NCBI GenBank assembly: GCA_030390025.1
Contig: CM059433.1
Location: 7,132,001-7,196,000 of the forward strand
Reading direction: 5' to 3'
Source: Squalus acanthias
Taxonomy: Eukaryota
DNA: 64,000 nt
This document shows, one piece after another, positions 63,071 to 64,000 of the stretch. Position numbers and translations under genes: made by a program. The notes beneath the pieces are model-generated. The model had not been told where the DNA came from and did no database searches. It was given only the letters and a program-made list of their open reading frames with translations. Each line of letters opens with the position of its first letter. The first letter of the stretch is position 1.

Positions 63071-63818
63071 GGGGGTGATTTTGCCAATGGGGATGTGATT
63101 TTGCCAATGGGGATGTGATGGAGGCGGGACTGCTGCTTGTCGGGTTTTAGTCCCGCCGCCATCGACGTCCGGCCAACCCACGCTATTTTCCCTTGATTGA
63201 CCTTGTTAAGCCCGCCCAGATGAATTGTCATCGTTTGACAGCTTTGAGAAGCTGTCAAACACTGACATTCTCTGTTGTTTGGTGAGTGCTTGTATTCAAG
63301 ACGCACCAAACCTATTTCCTGAGCAGAAATCAGATGGCTGTTGCATCGGAAAATGCAGCAGCCATTCTGTCATCTCTGCCGTGGAGATGCCGGAGCCTCC
63401 GGATCCCCAACGTTTGAAGCCTGCAGGAAGAAACAAAGGTAAGGAAACTTTTTCTAAGACTTTTCACTCACCTCACATACTTACCTCTCCACACTTGCAC
63501 CCATCTCTTACCTCCACAGCATACTTTTCGAACCCTCTGACCCCCGCAGACCCACTGCTCACCTCGCTGACCCTGGCGGGGTTTCCCGACGTCAGGAAGC
63601 CCGCACTTGTGTTGGAAAAATGAGGATAATCCTGTTAACTACCTGTAACTACCTGTAATCCCCTTCCCGCCTCGAGGAGACGGGTCCCAGCTCAAGTTGG
63701 GGACCCGCCTCCTGGGAAGATGGCACGGAGGCAGGTTGGGGGCAGGTTCGGTACCCGCTCCCAGTTTCTGCCATTTTCCCGGCAGTCCCGCCTCCCCAGG
63801 GCTGGCAAAATCGCCCCC
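63071..63818. mobile_element. Harbinger-type MITE related to 51803-52599
   Basis: 16-bp TIR GGGGG(T/C)GATTTTGCCA, with a 20-bp tandem duplication at the left end. TSD imperfect. Confidence 0.8.
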
Positions 63819-64000
63819 ATAGAATCTGATTGCTCTTGACCAGCCTATTAGAAAAGAATGAGGAGTTAATAGTCTGTACTCCTTTAAGGTGCTCCTTAAA
63901 ACCTACCTCTTTGACCAAGCTTTTGGTTACCTGTTTTTCAATTATCAACTTACCAGTGTGACATCAAGTTTAAACCATCAAAATCAATTGCCAAAGCAGA

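Overview
Vertebrate genomic DNA, most likely from a cartilaginous fish (shark). This is inferred from the repeat repertoire: CR1 LINEs with an esterase ORF1, L2, DeuSINE/SacSINE-like SINEs, Penelope-like elements, RTE and Harbinger MITEs. The only complete host gene is a + strand 14-3-3 theta (YWHAQ-like) gene. Its five coding exons are 9491-9856, 26604-26727, 27263-27426, 31398-31493 and 32291-32356, giving 816 nt and 271 aa. The gene has a triplicated CCAAT/CRE/TATA core promoter and a 24-aa N-terminal extension that looks like a duplication of its own first codons. A second CpG-rich promoter/first-exon candidate of an unidentified gene lies at about 40.2-41.0 kb. Most other sequence is nested transposable elements. 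The most notable are: a LINE with a tRNA-Thr-like head whose internally deleted SINE form is also present; minimal hammerhead-ribozyme motifs in Penelope repeats; an internally deleted Harbinger element that keeps a spliced Myb/SANT gene, amid a cluster of Harbinger MITEs; and a twin-primed inverted RTE. No database searches were run, so family assignments rest on recognised motifs and boundaries of old repeats are approximate.
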